From positions 66,639 to 130,638 of the IMG/VR virus record IMGVR_UViG_3300020048_000036: 64,000 bases of DNA, one strand, 5' to 3'. This DNA comes from a virus. A program made the position numbers and the translations under genes. The first letter of the stretch is position 1. Every line of letters begins with the position of its first letter. Below are positions 20,244-33,383 of this stretch, piece by piece. Under the pieces are notes generated by a model. It did no database searches, was not told where the DNA came from, and was given only the letters and a program-made list of their open reading frames with translations.

Positions 20244-20423
20244 TTATTTCTTTGTAGTGTCAATTAACTCATAAGGGCCTAACACAATAGTCAAAACTAT
20301 GTCCACACAATCTTTATGATTGATATATCCTTCACCACCGTTGGCTATTTTCTTTCCGTTTGTAGCAACTAGTTTCCAGCGGAATTGCTTTTTGCGGTCT
20401 CTGTAAATGATGAGCTTTCTCAT
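20244..20423 (-). CDS. YegP/DUF1508-like small protein (59 aa, below the ORF-track cutoff)
   Basis: MRKLIIYRDRKKQFRWKLVATNGKKIANGGEGYINHKDC. Confidence 0.8.
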   Translation of the reverse strand: MRKLIIYRDRKKQFRWKLVATNGKKIANGGEGYINHKDCVDIVLTIVLGPYELIDTTKK

Positions 20424-21124
20424 AGTTGTATTTGGTTATATGGGTTAAGAAAACTACTAGCACTCACGGCTTGGTAATTTTCAATTAAATTAAAAAGGTC
20501 AAAATTATTATCAAGTAGGTACTTGGTTGCCAAAAATTGGTTAACCTTCATCTTTGCGCCATCAAAGGATAACTCAACACCCCTATCTAACTCAACTGTT
20601 AACCCTACTTTACTTTCACCATCAATAGCTTTAAATCCTATCGAATTTTCATATTCATAATATTTTTCAATATTAGTTAGTGTACCCCACATACTTTCTC
20701 CCCATTGCAAATTCCATATAATGTGGAATAGTTCTTGGGCTTGCTCTTCCGTCATATCAGACAGTTGGTAAAGGGAGGGTGTTTTTACCCAATCAACATC
20801 CTCTGTAGGTCTAGTTTTTACATAACCCATATTAGGATACAAGTGTTTAACGTCTTCAAATTTTAGTTTCATCAACTTATGTATTTAATTTGTTAGTAAT
20901 AATTTCAATATATAAGTTTAATTTTTGCGAAAAGACTAAGCTCTCTCAACTTCATACAAAAATCCCTCCTTAAAGAAATCTAAAAGTGTTATCCAATACA
21001 ATAACTTCCAATGCGGAGCGTAATTAACCAATCTAGGTGTACTACAAATACGGTACACTTGGTATGGACCTACTACAACTAGTTCCCCAATTTTATGTTC
21101 GTGTGAATCTGATTTGAGTGTCAT
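20420..21124 (-). CDS. Two hypothetical proteins (20420-20875, 20936-21124)
   Basis: Intact ORFs. Confidence 0.65.
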
Positions 21125-21283
21125 TTTTCTGTAGATTTTGTATATGTTTCTAATTTTAAAAGATAATCTGAATTTAATAGTTCTTCGCTACTTACCTTTT
21201 CCATCCAATGTATTTCACCGTCTATTTGAACCCCCACTTTAGTATCTGAGAGTTCATATCCCATATCAGGGGGAAGTTTCCAT

Positions 21284-21772
21284 TTAAGATTGTCCATCAA
21301 TATAATTTTCCAATGCGTTAACTAATTTTGTCCTTTCTTCTACCAAAGGTAATACTTTTTTTAACAAAATCCAAACTTTCGGGAATTTATTTTCTATTTC
21401 GCTGAATTTATGGCAATCTAAAAGATAATCAAAACTTGTGTGTTCCTGCCAAGTAAGGTAAACTACATTCTCATCTATTGTAGCTACAGATTTGTGGTTT
21501 CGCTTAGGTAACAAGTGAGCGATGTTAAGTCGACTTGGATTAAATATTTTTTCACCTGTGGTGCTGTAAGGATTTTTAGACAGTATTAATATATGTTTGT
21601 CAAAGAATTGGTTTAGTTCTTCCTTATTCCCCTTTGGTTTAGGCTTACTTTTAATCTTAGACTGTTGTATAGGTTTAAAAGTTTTTGAAGCGCAAAAATC
21701 ACATTTGCCTTTACTAAAGATAAACTTTTCTTCACCACATTCGCTACAGATTTTCCTTTTGCGTTGTATCAT
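21284..21772 (-). CDS. Zn-finger plus HNH-like nuclease (NinG/recombination-endonuclease-like)
   Basis: CSEC...C.FC; NIAHLLPK.......ENV..L..QEHT.FD. Confidence 0.55.
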   Translation of the reverse strand: MIQRKRKICSECGEEKFIFSKGKCDFCASKTFKPIQQSKIKSKPKPKGNKEELNQFFDKHILILSKNPYSTTGEKIFNPSRLNIAHLLPKRNHKSVATIDENVVYLTWQEHTSFDYLLDCHKFSEIENKFPKVWILLKKVLPLVEERTKLVNALENYIDGQS

Positions 21773-21917
21773 ACTTCTTTTTCAATAACTCCTTCTTCAA
21801 CCAAGTTACTAAAAATCTTTGTTGCTGCTACCTCGGCCCAATCTAAACTAGTCCTATAATGCTTTTCATGTTCGGTCTTAATCCTGTTCCGAATTAAGTC
21901 TATTATTTCTTGTTTTT

Positions 21918-22591
21918 TCATTCTTCCAATTTTACAACGTTAGTGGGTAGTAACCTATATTCTTGTTTCTTACCTCGTAAATCCAGTTCCCCATCCTCGT
22001 AGCATTTAATATACACTTCTGTATCCTTATCAAAATTATGGGTCTTAAATTTGTGTGATAACTTATTCTCCTCTAGTTCAGATACTTTTTTCCGAACTAC
22101 AAATACAGGCATTCCTTTCTTGATTACTTTTATAATTTCGCTCATACAGTCAAATTTAAACAGTTTACAATCAATTTAGTTATGGTTAAGAAATCAATAG
22201 ATTCTTGTAGTTCCTTATCTGTTTCCCAAATACCATCAGATGGCTCACCTTCATCGTTTACAAAAGGCTCATAACATAATTGCCAAATCTTTTTACCTTT
22301 ACTAAAACTTTTGGTAATATAGAATAAAGCATCACCGTCCATCTTTTTTATATCCCCATCTAAGTAAGGTTCCCACCCTAACTCAAGTTCCATAAATTCA
22401 AGGAACTCTTGAGTTGTTAATGGTTTAGGATTTTCCACGAAAACCACATCGGACATTGAAGTCACATAACTAAAAGGTAAACAAGCAAAATCACCTTCTT
22501 TATTTGGAAGACGTAAAATGTAATATACCTTATCATCAACCCACACTGGTTGTCCTTCTTTCAATTCTACTTCTTTGGTTTGTTTTTTCAT
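21918..22591 (-). CDS. Two hypothetical proteins (21918-22145, 22142-22591)
   Basis: ATGA-coupled ORFs. Confidence 0.65.
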
Positions 22592-23055
22592 AATTCTTGT
22601 TTTAGTTTTTGTGTTGCCCTAAAAGTAAGGCTCTTTACGCTACTCACTGTTATTTTTAAAATACTTGCTGTTTCTATTAAATTAAAATCATACACATACA
22701 TAAGTAAAATACAATGTCTTTGTTTTGTAGTTAGTTTACCTATGGCTTTTCTAACCTTATCGGAAAATACAAAATCATTCTTATAGTAACCTAATTCCTC
22801 CTCATAACCTTTTAGCTCTATTATTTCAGGTGAGCCACTTCTATAGTATTTCCTGTAATCGTCAATTGTGATATTTTTTAAGGTAGTAACCAATAAGGAC
22901 AATAAATTACCGTTACCATCTATATTATCAATATTCCTAAAAACCCTATAATAGGTTTCTTGTACCAAATCCTCCACATCGTTCCTATTGGTAAACTTTT
23001 TTGCCAAAGAAGTCAGTTTCCCCTTATTCTTTAATAACCTCTCTGTTACATCCAT
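22588..23055 (-). CDS. ECF-type sigma-70 factor
   Basis: DVEDLVQETYYRV...L....KN..ID.YRK (region 2); L..KQR....L.Y......ETA.IL.I....VKS...RA..KL (region 4). Confidence 0.9.
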   Translation of the reverse strand: MDVTERLLKNKGKLTSLAKKFTNRNDVEDLVQETYYRVFRNIDNIDGNGNLLSLLVTTLKNITIDDYRKYYRSGSPEIIELKGYEEELGYYKNDFVFSDKVRKAIGKLTTKQRHCILLMYVYDFNLIETASILKITVSSVKSLTFRATQKLKQEL

Positions 23056-23059
23056 GTTT

Positions 23060-23091
23060 CAAAGGTACAACTATTTTACGTAATTTCCAAA
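23060..23091 (-). promoter_or_regulatory. Canonical Bacteroidota promoter TTTGG-N19-TACCTTTG for the sigma gene
   Basis: The same spacing is seen at 17444, 26209, 30101 and 46820. Confidence 0.75.
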
Positions 23092-23092
23092 T

Positions 23093-23132
23093 AAAAAAGA
23101 AGGATTAGAAAAATAAATTCCCAATCCTTCTT
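23093..23132 (-). terminator. groEL terminator
   Basis: AAGAAGGATT/AATCCTTCTT stem followed by a T-run. Confidence 0.7.
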
Positions 23133-23165
23133 CCTCACATTAACAATCAATAAACAAGCATACAA

Positions 23166-26182
<3,017 letters not shown>

Positions 26183-26240
26183 AATATTAATTTTTGATTT
26201 CGTTTCAACAAAGATAAGACATTAAATTGAAATTACCAAA

Positions 26241-26759
26241 CTATTTGTCCAATAAATCAAGAACTTCTTTTGCAATCTGCAATTTACGAAGTTTTGAAAG
26301 AGGTTGTAGTTTCTTATCCAATATCTCATGCCTTTCTTCGGGGTATAAGTTACCTGTTAACATAAGGCTTATAGAATAATCCCCAAGCGGTTTAACATAA
26401 TGTAATGTATGTGTATTCCGCATTTCATAATAAGAACCTTTAGCTATAATAAACCTACTAATATCTTTCAATTTGTAGGCTTCCTCCGAACTTATTTCAT
26501 TTTCGCAATAAGTAATACCCATCTCATACTCACCTTTCAATATCTTGAAAGCAGCTTCCCACCTGTGTTTATGGTACAAACAGGGAGCATCAGTATGGTG
26601 TATCTTATGGATAAACAACCTATGATTATCGTCATATTGCAACCATAAACGCTCTACTCTTGGTGGGTAATAATCCACGTCAAGTGTTTGCCACAAGGAA
26701 AGGTTACTTAACAATTTTCGTAAGTCTTCCTTTTCTATTTGTTTTAGTAGTTCTATCAT
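26241..26759 (-). CDS. Cupin-fold putative metalloprotein
   Basis: HRLFIHKIH...LYHKHRW...F.IL.G.Y and Y.M...TLH.V cupin-type motifs. Confidence 0.55.
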   Translation of the reverse strand: MIELLKQIEKEDLRKLLSNLSLWQTLDVDYYPPRVERLWLQYDDNHRLFIHKIHHTDAPCLYHKHRWEAAFKILKGEYEMGITYCENEISSEEAYKLKDISRFIIAKGSYYEMRNTHTLHYVKPLGDYSISLMLTGNLYPEERHEILDKKLQPLSKLRKLQIAKEVLDLLDK

Positions 26760-27538
26760 GCTAATAATTTTAAACCATCAGTACACTTTGGACAAGTATA
26801 GTTTTTTCCAAATCTTTTATCAATTACTATATTAGTACCGCTGCAACAACTATAATCTTGTGTTTTATCAATTGTAGGTTTAGGTTGTTCTGATAGTAAT
26901 ACTTTAACCTTACCCAAAAGGAAACAATACCTATGTTTTCTTGTTCTAGGGAGCCATACCCCTCTTAAATCTTTGGTTGCACCTCTAGGGTTTACCCTAC
27001 CATCTTCACAATAAAAATCAGTTTTACTATCCGTCAAACCATAATACTTAAAATTACAAACTTGGTATATACTCCCCACATGCCTACTATCATCAGCTAG
27101 TGTTATTACTGCATTTACATCTTTACTTTTTAACATTTTCATACTGTTTCCCAACAAATAACTAGTAGCGTTACTACCATTTAATTCAGGCAACATACAA
27201 AGTCTGCTCAACTCCAAAACACTTTGGTCACTATTTTCTAAACCGAACCAACTTTTCATAGCAGAAATACCTTGTGGGTTACTGAAAGTAGAACAACCTA
27301 CTAAGTTTTCCCCTAAGTATAACCCATAACAGTACTTAGCAAAAAATTTTGCATCAGCTAAATAATGGTATTGTTTTATAAAAGCGTAAGCGATAGGTTT
27401 TTCAATTTCTTTTATTTGAAAAATATCCTTAGCTTTTACCTCTCTGTTTTTAAATTTGTGTATTAGTTCTTCCATACCCCAAAGATACTTATTTAATTCT
27501 ACAATTCCAAACTTTCCGCAAAATAAAAACCCCACCAA
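26756..27538 (-). CDS. mom: Mom-like GNAT DNA-modification protein with C-terminal Cys cluster (likely start 27475)
   Basis: FIKQYHYL, GL..G..LVG...FS.P, ELSRLC, S.LL..S, ITLAD....G.IYQ.CNF.Y.G and KHRY motifs. Confidence 0.75.
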   Translation of the reverse strand: MVGFLFCGKFGIVELNKYLWGMEELIHKFKNREVKAKDIFQIKEIEKPIAYAFIKQYHYLADAKFFAKYCYGLYLGENLVGCSTFSNPQGISAMKSWFGLENSDQSVLELSRLCMLPELNGSNATSYLLGNSMKMLKSKDVNAVITLADDSRHVGSIYQVCNFKYYGLTDSKTDFYCEDGRVNPRGATKDLRGVWLPRTRKHRYCFLLGKVKVLLSEQPKPTIDKTQDYSCCSGTNIVIDKRFGKNYTCPKCTDGLKLLA

Positions 27539-27583
27539 AACAAATAATCATTCTGATGGGGCTATTTCGCAAAGAACCTACAA

Positions 27584-27835
27584 TCAATAACGCTTAATCA
27601 AATTACCTTCCTTATCAATCACAATATTCACCCTTAACAAATTATCCAAATACATTATAACCCTATTATTTATTATTGCTTGGATGTGAGGAAATAAAGA
27701 GTTGTAGAATAAAGGAAAGTTTTTGGCGAAATCAGGAAATTCTAATTTACCTTTACCTTCCTTGAAAAATAGGTAGTAAATATCTAAGGTTAACTCGTTC
27801 TTATTAAGTTGTAGTATATAACTTTGTCTGTCCAT
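27584..27835 (-). CDS. Hypothetical protein
   Basis: Intact ORF. Confidence 0.65.
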   Translation of the reverse strand: MDRQSYILQLNKNELTLDIYYLFFKEGKGKLEFPDFAKNFPLFYNSLFPHIQAIINNRVIMYLDNLLRVNIVIDKEGNLIKRY

Positions 27836-27837
27836 AA

Positions 27838-30066
27838 CTAGTTGTTTGGTAGCTCACATTGACCTCCGCTACAAGCTATAGCAGCATAATCAGATATGGC
27901 TTTGTATTCAGGTTTGTTAAGAATCTTGGAGAAATCCACAGTCCTGAAAGTCCTACTTATAACTTGCCATTTATGCCACAAATGTACATCTTTCAAACAA
28001 TAAACCATTTTTTGTAGGTCATTTTGTAGATAGTTTTTCGCAAACTTCTTAACTCTCCGCAACCAATCTTTCCTCAACAACAATTGCTCTCTTGTACCTA
28101 CAAGTTTAAAATCCCTATTCGCAATAGCATTACATGCCTCCCACAAATCACCGTTAAAGTAATTAAGACCATCTACAATAAGCCCTGATGCAAATAATAC
28201 TCCTTCACCATACTTTTCTATAAGTTCTTGACTATTTAAAACAGAGGTAAAGGGTGCTTGAACATAGTCCTTATCTCCAAACAAGGTCAAGAAAGACACA
28301 GCGGTAAAAGAATCACTATGCTTAAATACATAATCAGTAACCTCTTTAGGATTATCCAAAATTACAGTATTGGAAACATTGTGCATTGAGTGAGGGGTAT
28401 AACTTCTCTCGTATACTTTTCCAGGTTTAACCCAATGTTCTTGAACCAACTTGATAAGTTCCAAGTGTTTAATACCCTGCATATCCTCTTTGTACATTGT
28501 ACCTTCCTTATTTTCGCAAGGGACAAAAACAACATAATCCGTATGACTTGCAGACCATTTACTTTCTTCCAAAACCTCTGGCATATTCTCCACAAGCCAT
28601 TTAGCAGTGTCACTTTCCTTGTTTATCTGCATTACCCTAAAATAACGTTGGCTATGTTCTGGGTGGATACCTGATGAAGTCATTGCAAGTACAGAACTGT
28701 TACCACTAGGTTTTACACAAGTAAGACGTGCGGAAGCATTAATATTGATAATTTTAGCTACCTCTTCGTTGGTTTCCTTAATAATATTTACACCTTCCTC
28801 TAACAATTCCGCATTGAACAATTCAGGACAGGTCATCCAGCCTGTAATAGACACCCCAAGTAAAGCCTCCCCTGCTACTATGTCCTCTGTTTGTTCGTTT
28901 ATGTGGGGGAAAGTAGTGTAACCTGCTTGAAGTGTTCCTAAAATAGAACCCATCCTACAAGCCTGTTTAAATTTATCCTTATTTAAACGACCTTTACTAT
29001 CCAATAAAGAACTTGCTACTATTTCTACAAGGTTACAGAATTGAAAACAAGCATAACGTAAATCCTTGATTTTCAAGTAGAAATCCATAGAAATTTCAAA
29101 GCATGGATTAAGAATTACATATGAGGAATCAGTGAAGACAAAGCCAATATCATTATCCCCCTCGTTCATTCGTAGTATTTCCTCAAATTGCTCTTTGGTA
29201 AATTGTCCCCTAATAAGACCAACTGAATTGTTACTACGTGCCCTCCACGGATACTTTGTTCTCCAATCCCCTGTTTTAGCAAAAAGGAGTTCCTTATCCT
29301 CAAAGTCCATAATTATATTCATCGCTGACCTTCTTACACCTCCGCTAAGAACTGCATCAGAAAGGTGCATGAAAATATCATAAGCTACTATACCATTAAA
29401 GGTAATTGATGTTTTATCCCCCAAAGCACCTAGCAACATACTTTCAATACGTTCCATTGATTGCTTCAAACCTTGTGGGCCTGGGGCACGAAAACCACCT
29501 GTGATTAGTGCTCCTTCTGGGCGTATTTGTGAATAGTCAAACCTTACCCTTTTACCAAACCAATTTGAGTATAAAGAAGGATGTTCACAAAAGGTACTTA
29601 ATAACACATGTGCTGCATCAGCCCATCCTTGGATACTATCCTCTACTACAAAAGTCTCCGTAGTTCCAGTAGGTTTTTGTATGTTTGGCAACTGCTTAGT
29701 AAATTCCAAACGCATATTAACCCCTAATCCAGTTCCGCACAACAGTACATAAAAACCTTTTGAGAACACATCAGGAGTATAACAATATGTTGTGGCACAA
29801 TTGTAAATTCTAGGCTCGTGGGAAAATATTTGTTCACCTCTAAATTGCAAGTTACGCTGTGAGGCAAGAATAGTTTTATCATGGTAGAAAGGGCGTACCT
29901 CATCTAAGAGGGATTGTACTTTATTACCATACTTAGTCAAGTGCGTATCCAATACAGCATCACAAGCCTCTTCCCATGTTTCATACCTTCCTTTTTCAGG
30001 TAGCCATTTTGCGTAATCAGTGTAGAATTTTAAATCAGATAGGAATTTCTTACCGTTATTGGACAT
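27838..30066 (-). CDS. nrdJ: Ribonucleotide reductase, RTPR/class II-like catalytic subunit
   Basis: YAKW..GRYETWEE, YNC, LSGGVRRSA, RSNNSV, NPCFEI, FCNLVEI, CVKPSG and C-terminal CSGGQC; no beta subunit in the window. Confidence 0.75.
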   Translation of the reverse strand: MSNNGKKFLSDLKFYTDYAKWLPEKGRYETWEEACDAVLDTHLTKYGNKVQSLLDEVRPFYHDKTILASQRNLQFRGEQIFSHEPRIYNCATTYCYTPDVFSKGFYVLLCGTGLGVNMRLEFTKQLPNIQKPTGTTETFVVEDSIQGWADAAHVLLSTFCEHPSLYSNWFGKRVRFDYSQIRPEGALITGGFRAPGPQGLKQSMERIESMLLGALGDKTSITFNGIVAYDIFMHLSDAVLSGGVRRSAMNIIMDFEDKELLFAKTGDWRTKYPWRARSNNSVGLIRGQFTKEQFEEILRMNEGDNDIGFVFTDSSYVILNPCFEISMDFYLKIKDLRYACFQFCNLVEIVASSLLDSKGRLNKDKFKQACRMGSILGTLQAGYTTFPHINEQTEDIVAGEALLGVSITGWMTCPELFNAELLEEGVNIIKETNEEVAKIININASARLTCVKPSGNSSVLAMTSSGIHPEHSQRYFRVMQINKESDTAKWLVENMPEVLEESKWSASHTDYVVFVPCENKEGTMYKEDMQGIKHLELIKLVQEHWVKPGKVYERSYTPHSMHNVSNTVILDNPKEVTDYVFKHSDSFTAVSFLTLFGDKDYVQAPFTSVLNSQELIEKYGEGVLFASGLIVDGLNYFNGDLWEACNAIANRDFKLVGTREQLLLRKDWLRRVKKFAKNYLQNDLQKMVYCLKDVHLWHKWQVISRTFRTVDFSKILNKPEYKAISDYAAIACSGGQCELPNN

Positions 30067-30152
30067 AATATTATTTAGTGTGTTTTGTGAAAAAAGAGCG
30101 TAAAGATACTAATATTTATTCAGATTTCCAAATGTCTTACAATTAGATGTAG

Positions 30153-30557
30153 TTAGTTAATTTCCAATACTACATTAGTTAACTTCTTCAATTCACCTAC
30201 AACTCGTTCAAATTCCTCTATATGAAAATAATCATAATCTAGGTAATGATATTGTCCGTTACTAAGGTTAATTTGGATACTAGATTTATTGAATACTTCT
30301 TTACCTCTTACAATGAAGCCGTGGTTTTCAAGAAATTCTTTACTAAGGTTTTCAGCCAATCTTGTAACTACACTTCCACCACAATACCTTTCGTTGTAGA
30401 AGCCTTCTTTGCGCCTACCAAATATCTTGTTCCAAAATGTTTCTTCTTCCCCATCTTGCCATTCCCAACTACTGTCTAGTTTTGATGGTTTAACTACAAT
30501 TGAAACTATTTGGTCAATTATTACTTCTGTTTGTTGTATTTTTATTGTGTTTTTCAT
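30153..30557 (-). CDS. Hypothetical protein
   Basis: ORF with its own promoter at 30581. Confidence 0.7.
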   Translation of the reverse strand: MKNTIKIQQTEVIIDQIVSIVVKPSKLDSSWEWQDGEEETFWNKIFGRRKEGFYNERYCGGSVVTRLAENLSKEFLENHGFIVRGKEVFNKSSIQINLSNGQYHYLDYDYFHIEEFERVVGELKKLTNVVLEIN

Positions 30558-30613
30558 GTAGTGTTGTAGGTTTGTTTCTGTAAAGGTAATAAACTTTTTC
30601 CGAAAAACCTAAT

Positions 30614-31096
30614 TTAACCTACAACTTTTTCTAAATTACTGTTGCCTGTTGAGCCAAAGCCTCCTGATGACCTCTCTGTATCACTCAAATACTGTGTTTC
30701 AACAAATTCCATATTAATAATTTTCTCAATAAAAATCTGTCCTACACGGTCACCAACCTTATAAGGAAATTCCTTAGCACCTAGAAACGTACCAAAAGCA
30801 ACTTTAGTAGGAATTGGAGCAAAACGAAATTCCCATTGGCCTCTAAAATCAGAATCTACAATACCAATTCCATTTGCTAACATCCAACCAGTCTTGGTTA
30901 TACTTGAACGTGCAGCACAAATTATTCGGTATCCTTCTGGAATTTCAGTGCTAAATCCTGTAAGGCAACGTACATATCCGTCTTCTACAATTATCTCTGT
31001 GCAAGTCACATCCATTGCTCCTGCGAATGGGGTTGCGGGTTTGGGAATAGTTGCATTGGGATTTAATTTCTTGAATTTTACTTGGATTGGTTTCAT
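30614..31096 (-). CDS. dut: Trimeric dUTPase
   Basis: AGAMD, ARSS, GIVDSDFRG, GDRVGQ and RSSGGFGSTG motifs. Confidence 0.95.
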   Translation of the reverse strand: MKPIQVKFKKLNPNATIPKPATPFAGAMDVTCTEIIVEDGYVRCLTGFSTEIPEGYRIICAARSSITKTGWMLANGIGIVDSDFRGQWEFRFAPIPTKVAFGTFLGAKEFPYKVGDRVGQIFIEKIINMEFVETQYLSDTERSSGGFGSTGNSNLEKVVG

Positions 31097-31141
31097 ATTT
31101 TAAAAGTTGTATGTTATAAAAGAATTTTGCAAAAAATAAAG

Positions 31142-31212
31142 TGTTCCACTCCCGAATTTAACGGGAACCTGTCTTCATATGGGAAGCCATACTATCATTA
31201 CACCAATGGAAC
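31142..31212 (-). tRNA. Aberrant tRNA-like gene (CAT-containing 6/8-nt anticodon loop, TTAAATT T-loop)
   Basis: GTTCCAT/GTGGAAC acceptor, TCCCG/CGGGA T-stem, GGCTT-CCCATATG-AAGAC anticodon arm, weak D-arm. Confidence 0.6.
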
Positions 31213-31293
31213 TTATGATGGACTGGTGGATTTTTGTACCTCGTTTGTGGCTAACCAGAATCTCCACACTCCATTCGGTAGCTATCCGACTTC

Positions 31294-31368
31294 GCTACCA
31301 CATTTGGAATCGAACCAAACAACCTCCTTTCAACTACAGAAAAGTGTTCTACCTTGAACTAATGGTAT
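31294..31368 (-). tRNA. Aberrant tRNA-Tyr(GTA)-like gene with an 8-nt anticodon loop
   Basis: TAGTTC-AAGGTA-GAAC D-arm, CTTTT-CTGTAGTT-GAAAG, GG-TTCGATT-CC T-arm, A1:G72 mismatch, short variable loop. Confidence 0.65.
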
Positions 31369-31454
31369 TTTACCTCCATAGAGGACTGTCTTTCTAAGCT
31401 GTCAGAAGGTTTTCCCAAGTAAGTACCTACAACTGCTTCTTTTACCTTTCAAGG

Positions 31455-31629
31455 TTTAATCTTCAAATTCTTCCTCAATAGGCTTTTCGTCAGTATGACC
31501 TAATACCCAACTTAAAGCAGATTCTACACCTTGTTCATAAGTCATTCCACTGTAAGCTGTCATACCAGCGGAAGTCCAATCTGCTGCACGGTACATTTCA
31601 TCTTCAATTTCGTTTGTTGTTGGTTTCAT
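31455..31629 (-). CDS. Small acidic protein (~57 aa, uncalled; coordinates approximate)
   Basis: MKPTTNEIEDEMY...MTYEQGVESALSWVLG; promoter at 31664. Confidence 0.6.
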
Positions 31630-31813
31630 AATTTTTGCTTTTAAAGAATTAATTCAATATTCCAAAGGTAATACTAATTTTTGTATAAAACAAGACTTCC
31701 GAAAAATAAAATAATACATAAGTAGTTAGGCGGGGTGGCCTGTCCCTCTCTATCTCAGCCCTTGTGAAGCTATACCTATTCAGTACCTACTACTTACATA
31801 TTACGATTTTTCA

Positions 31814-32575
31814 TCAGAAGGGTAAATCGTCCACAAAAGTAGACACATCTGTATCTTTACCTTTTTGAGTAAACTGACTATCTACTTCTTGTTCACGAGT
31901 TTTAGTTGTAGGTTTAGATGTTGGTTTACTCTCTGTTTTTGCGGAATCACCACCATCTTGCGGAAAGTTAGTTTCAACCCACTCTTTCAAGTAGTTAAAC
32001 AAGAAAGCAGTCTTAGCTTCATTATCAAACTCACGCTTTACAGAACCATCAAATGCCTTTTTCTCCTTAACTACTACTGGTGGAACATCACCTTCTACAA
32101 GAGTACGGTTTCCTTTGTCATCAGCCTTACTGTAATATGCAAAAGACAAACCCTTTTCAATCTTGGTATCACCACTTTTGATGGAGTATCCTTTCTTAGC
32201 ATACTTCTCACCGTCAGGTAAGTAAGAATAACTTGAAAGGCTATAAGTCTCTCCTTTCTTCAAATTTGGAATCTTGCTGATAAAATTCTCCAAATAAGAA
32301 TCAATAGCACCAAACTTGTTAAGGACATCCATTTGCAAGTTAAAGTATTCCTCACCGTTTTTCAGGCTAATGGAAAATTGATAAAACTCTTTGTCCTTAA
32401 AAGTTACCTTACCTAACTTAGCACCTACTAATGCACCTTCTATAACTCGGTGTTCCTTCCTATAGGCAGTCCCGCCACCAAATGTGTCCCAACTATACTC
32501 ACTAAATCCCTCTTTAGGAGTCTTACTTTTTTCATACATTGTTCCTGTGCCAAAATGCACTGATAAATACGCCAT
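31814..32575 (-). CDS. Putative single-stranded DNA-binding protein
   Basis: Beta-rich body, flexible linker and acidic DDLPF C-terminus. Confidence 0.55.
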   Translation of the reverse strand: MAYLSVHFGTGTMYEKSKTPKEGFSEYSWDTFGGGTAYRKEHRVIEGALVGAKLGKVTFKDKEFYQFSISLKNGEEYFNLQMDVLNKFGAIDSYLENFISKIPNLKKGETYSLSSYSYLPDGEKYAKKGYSIKSGDTKIEKGLSFAYYSKADDKGNRTLVEGDVPPVVVKEKKAFDGSVKREFDNEAKTAFLFNYLKEWVETNFPQDGGDSAKTESKPTSKPTTKTREQEVDSQFTQKGKDTDVSTFVDDLPF

Positions 32576-32577
32576 GA

Positions 32578-33383
32578 TTACTGTTTTTGTTTATTTGTTA
32601 AAAATTCAATTAATTTTGTTTGTATCTTGTTTATAGTTTCTCTACAACTAACTACTTCTAAGTTATATTGCTTATAATTTTCATTAAAAGAATCCCCTTC
32701 TAACTGGTTAACAATTTCTTCTGCTTGTTCTTTTAAAGCTAAAAGATTCCACTTTAAATCATTCAAATCTTTAAACTCTAAATTAGGTAGTTTAACTTTT
32801 TTCATTATTTCACATTTACTTTATCTACACTATCCAATCCACGAATCTCACTTGCTAATGAATGTAAGAAAGACTCTGTACTTGAAATTATCTTATCTAG
32901 GTATTGATATGTACTGTAACTTATGGCTCTTAACTGAACCCACTCCTTATATACATCAGTACCGCCAACAAAAACTTCCCGTGAAGACTTAGTTACTCCA
33001 TCGAATTGTGCTGGATTATCGTCTATGTATTTTATAGCTTCAAACACTACAACCTTTTTACTTTCTTCTACTAAATTTTTCAACATAGTAACAGGCTGTG
33101 TGAACTTATCTATTGTTTCACGTAAAATAAAACCAACCTCAGTCCTTAAAGATTGTAGTTCTTCTTGCTTCCTTGGTGTTGGTAAGTTAAAGTGTTTTTG
33201 TTGTATATCAAAGATTTTTCCGCTATAAACTTTCAACTCCTCGGAAATACGGTACATATCCTGGTAAGACTGGTTTATATGTAAGGCAGTCATTATTGAT
33301 TTAATTGCAGTAGTTGCTTCGGTTATATTTGATGCGGAAATTACCTCGTTTAGTAATCTATCTCTTAATGATTGTTCTTCCAT
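32578..33383 (-). CDS. Two helical hypothetical proteins (32578-32805, 32805-33383)
   Basis: Coupled ORFs. Confidence 0.7.

Noticed and set aside
31179-31397. 72-aa and 91-aa plus-strand ORFs over the tRNA-like cluster
   Set aside because: They overlap RNA genes on the opposite strand and have no start context.
31377-31440. Fourth tRNA in the 31 kb cluster
   Set aside because: Hairpins are present, but there is no T-loop or matching acceptor stem.
31740-31790. TPP riboswitch (GCTGAGA)
   Set aside because: The downstream ACCTGA and AGGGA elements are absent.
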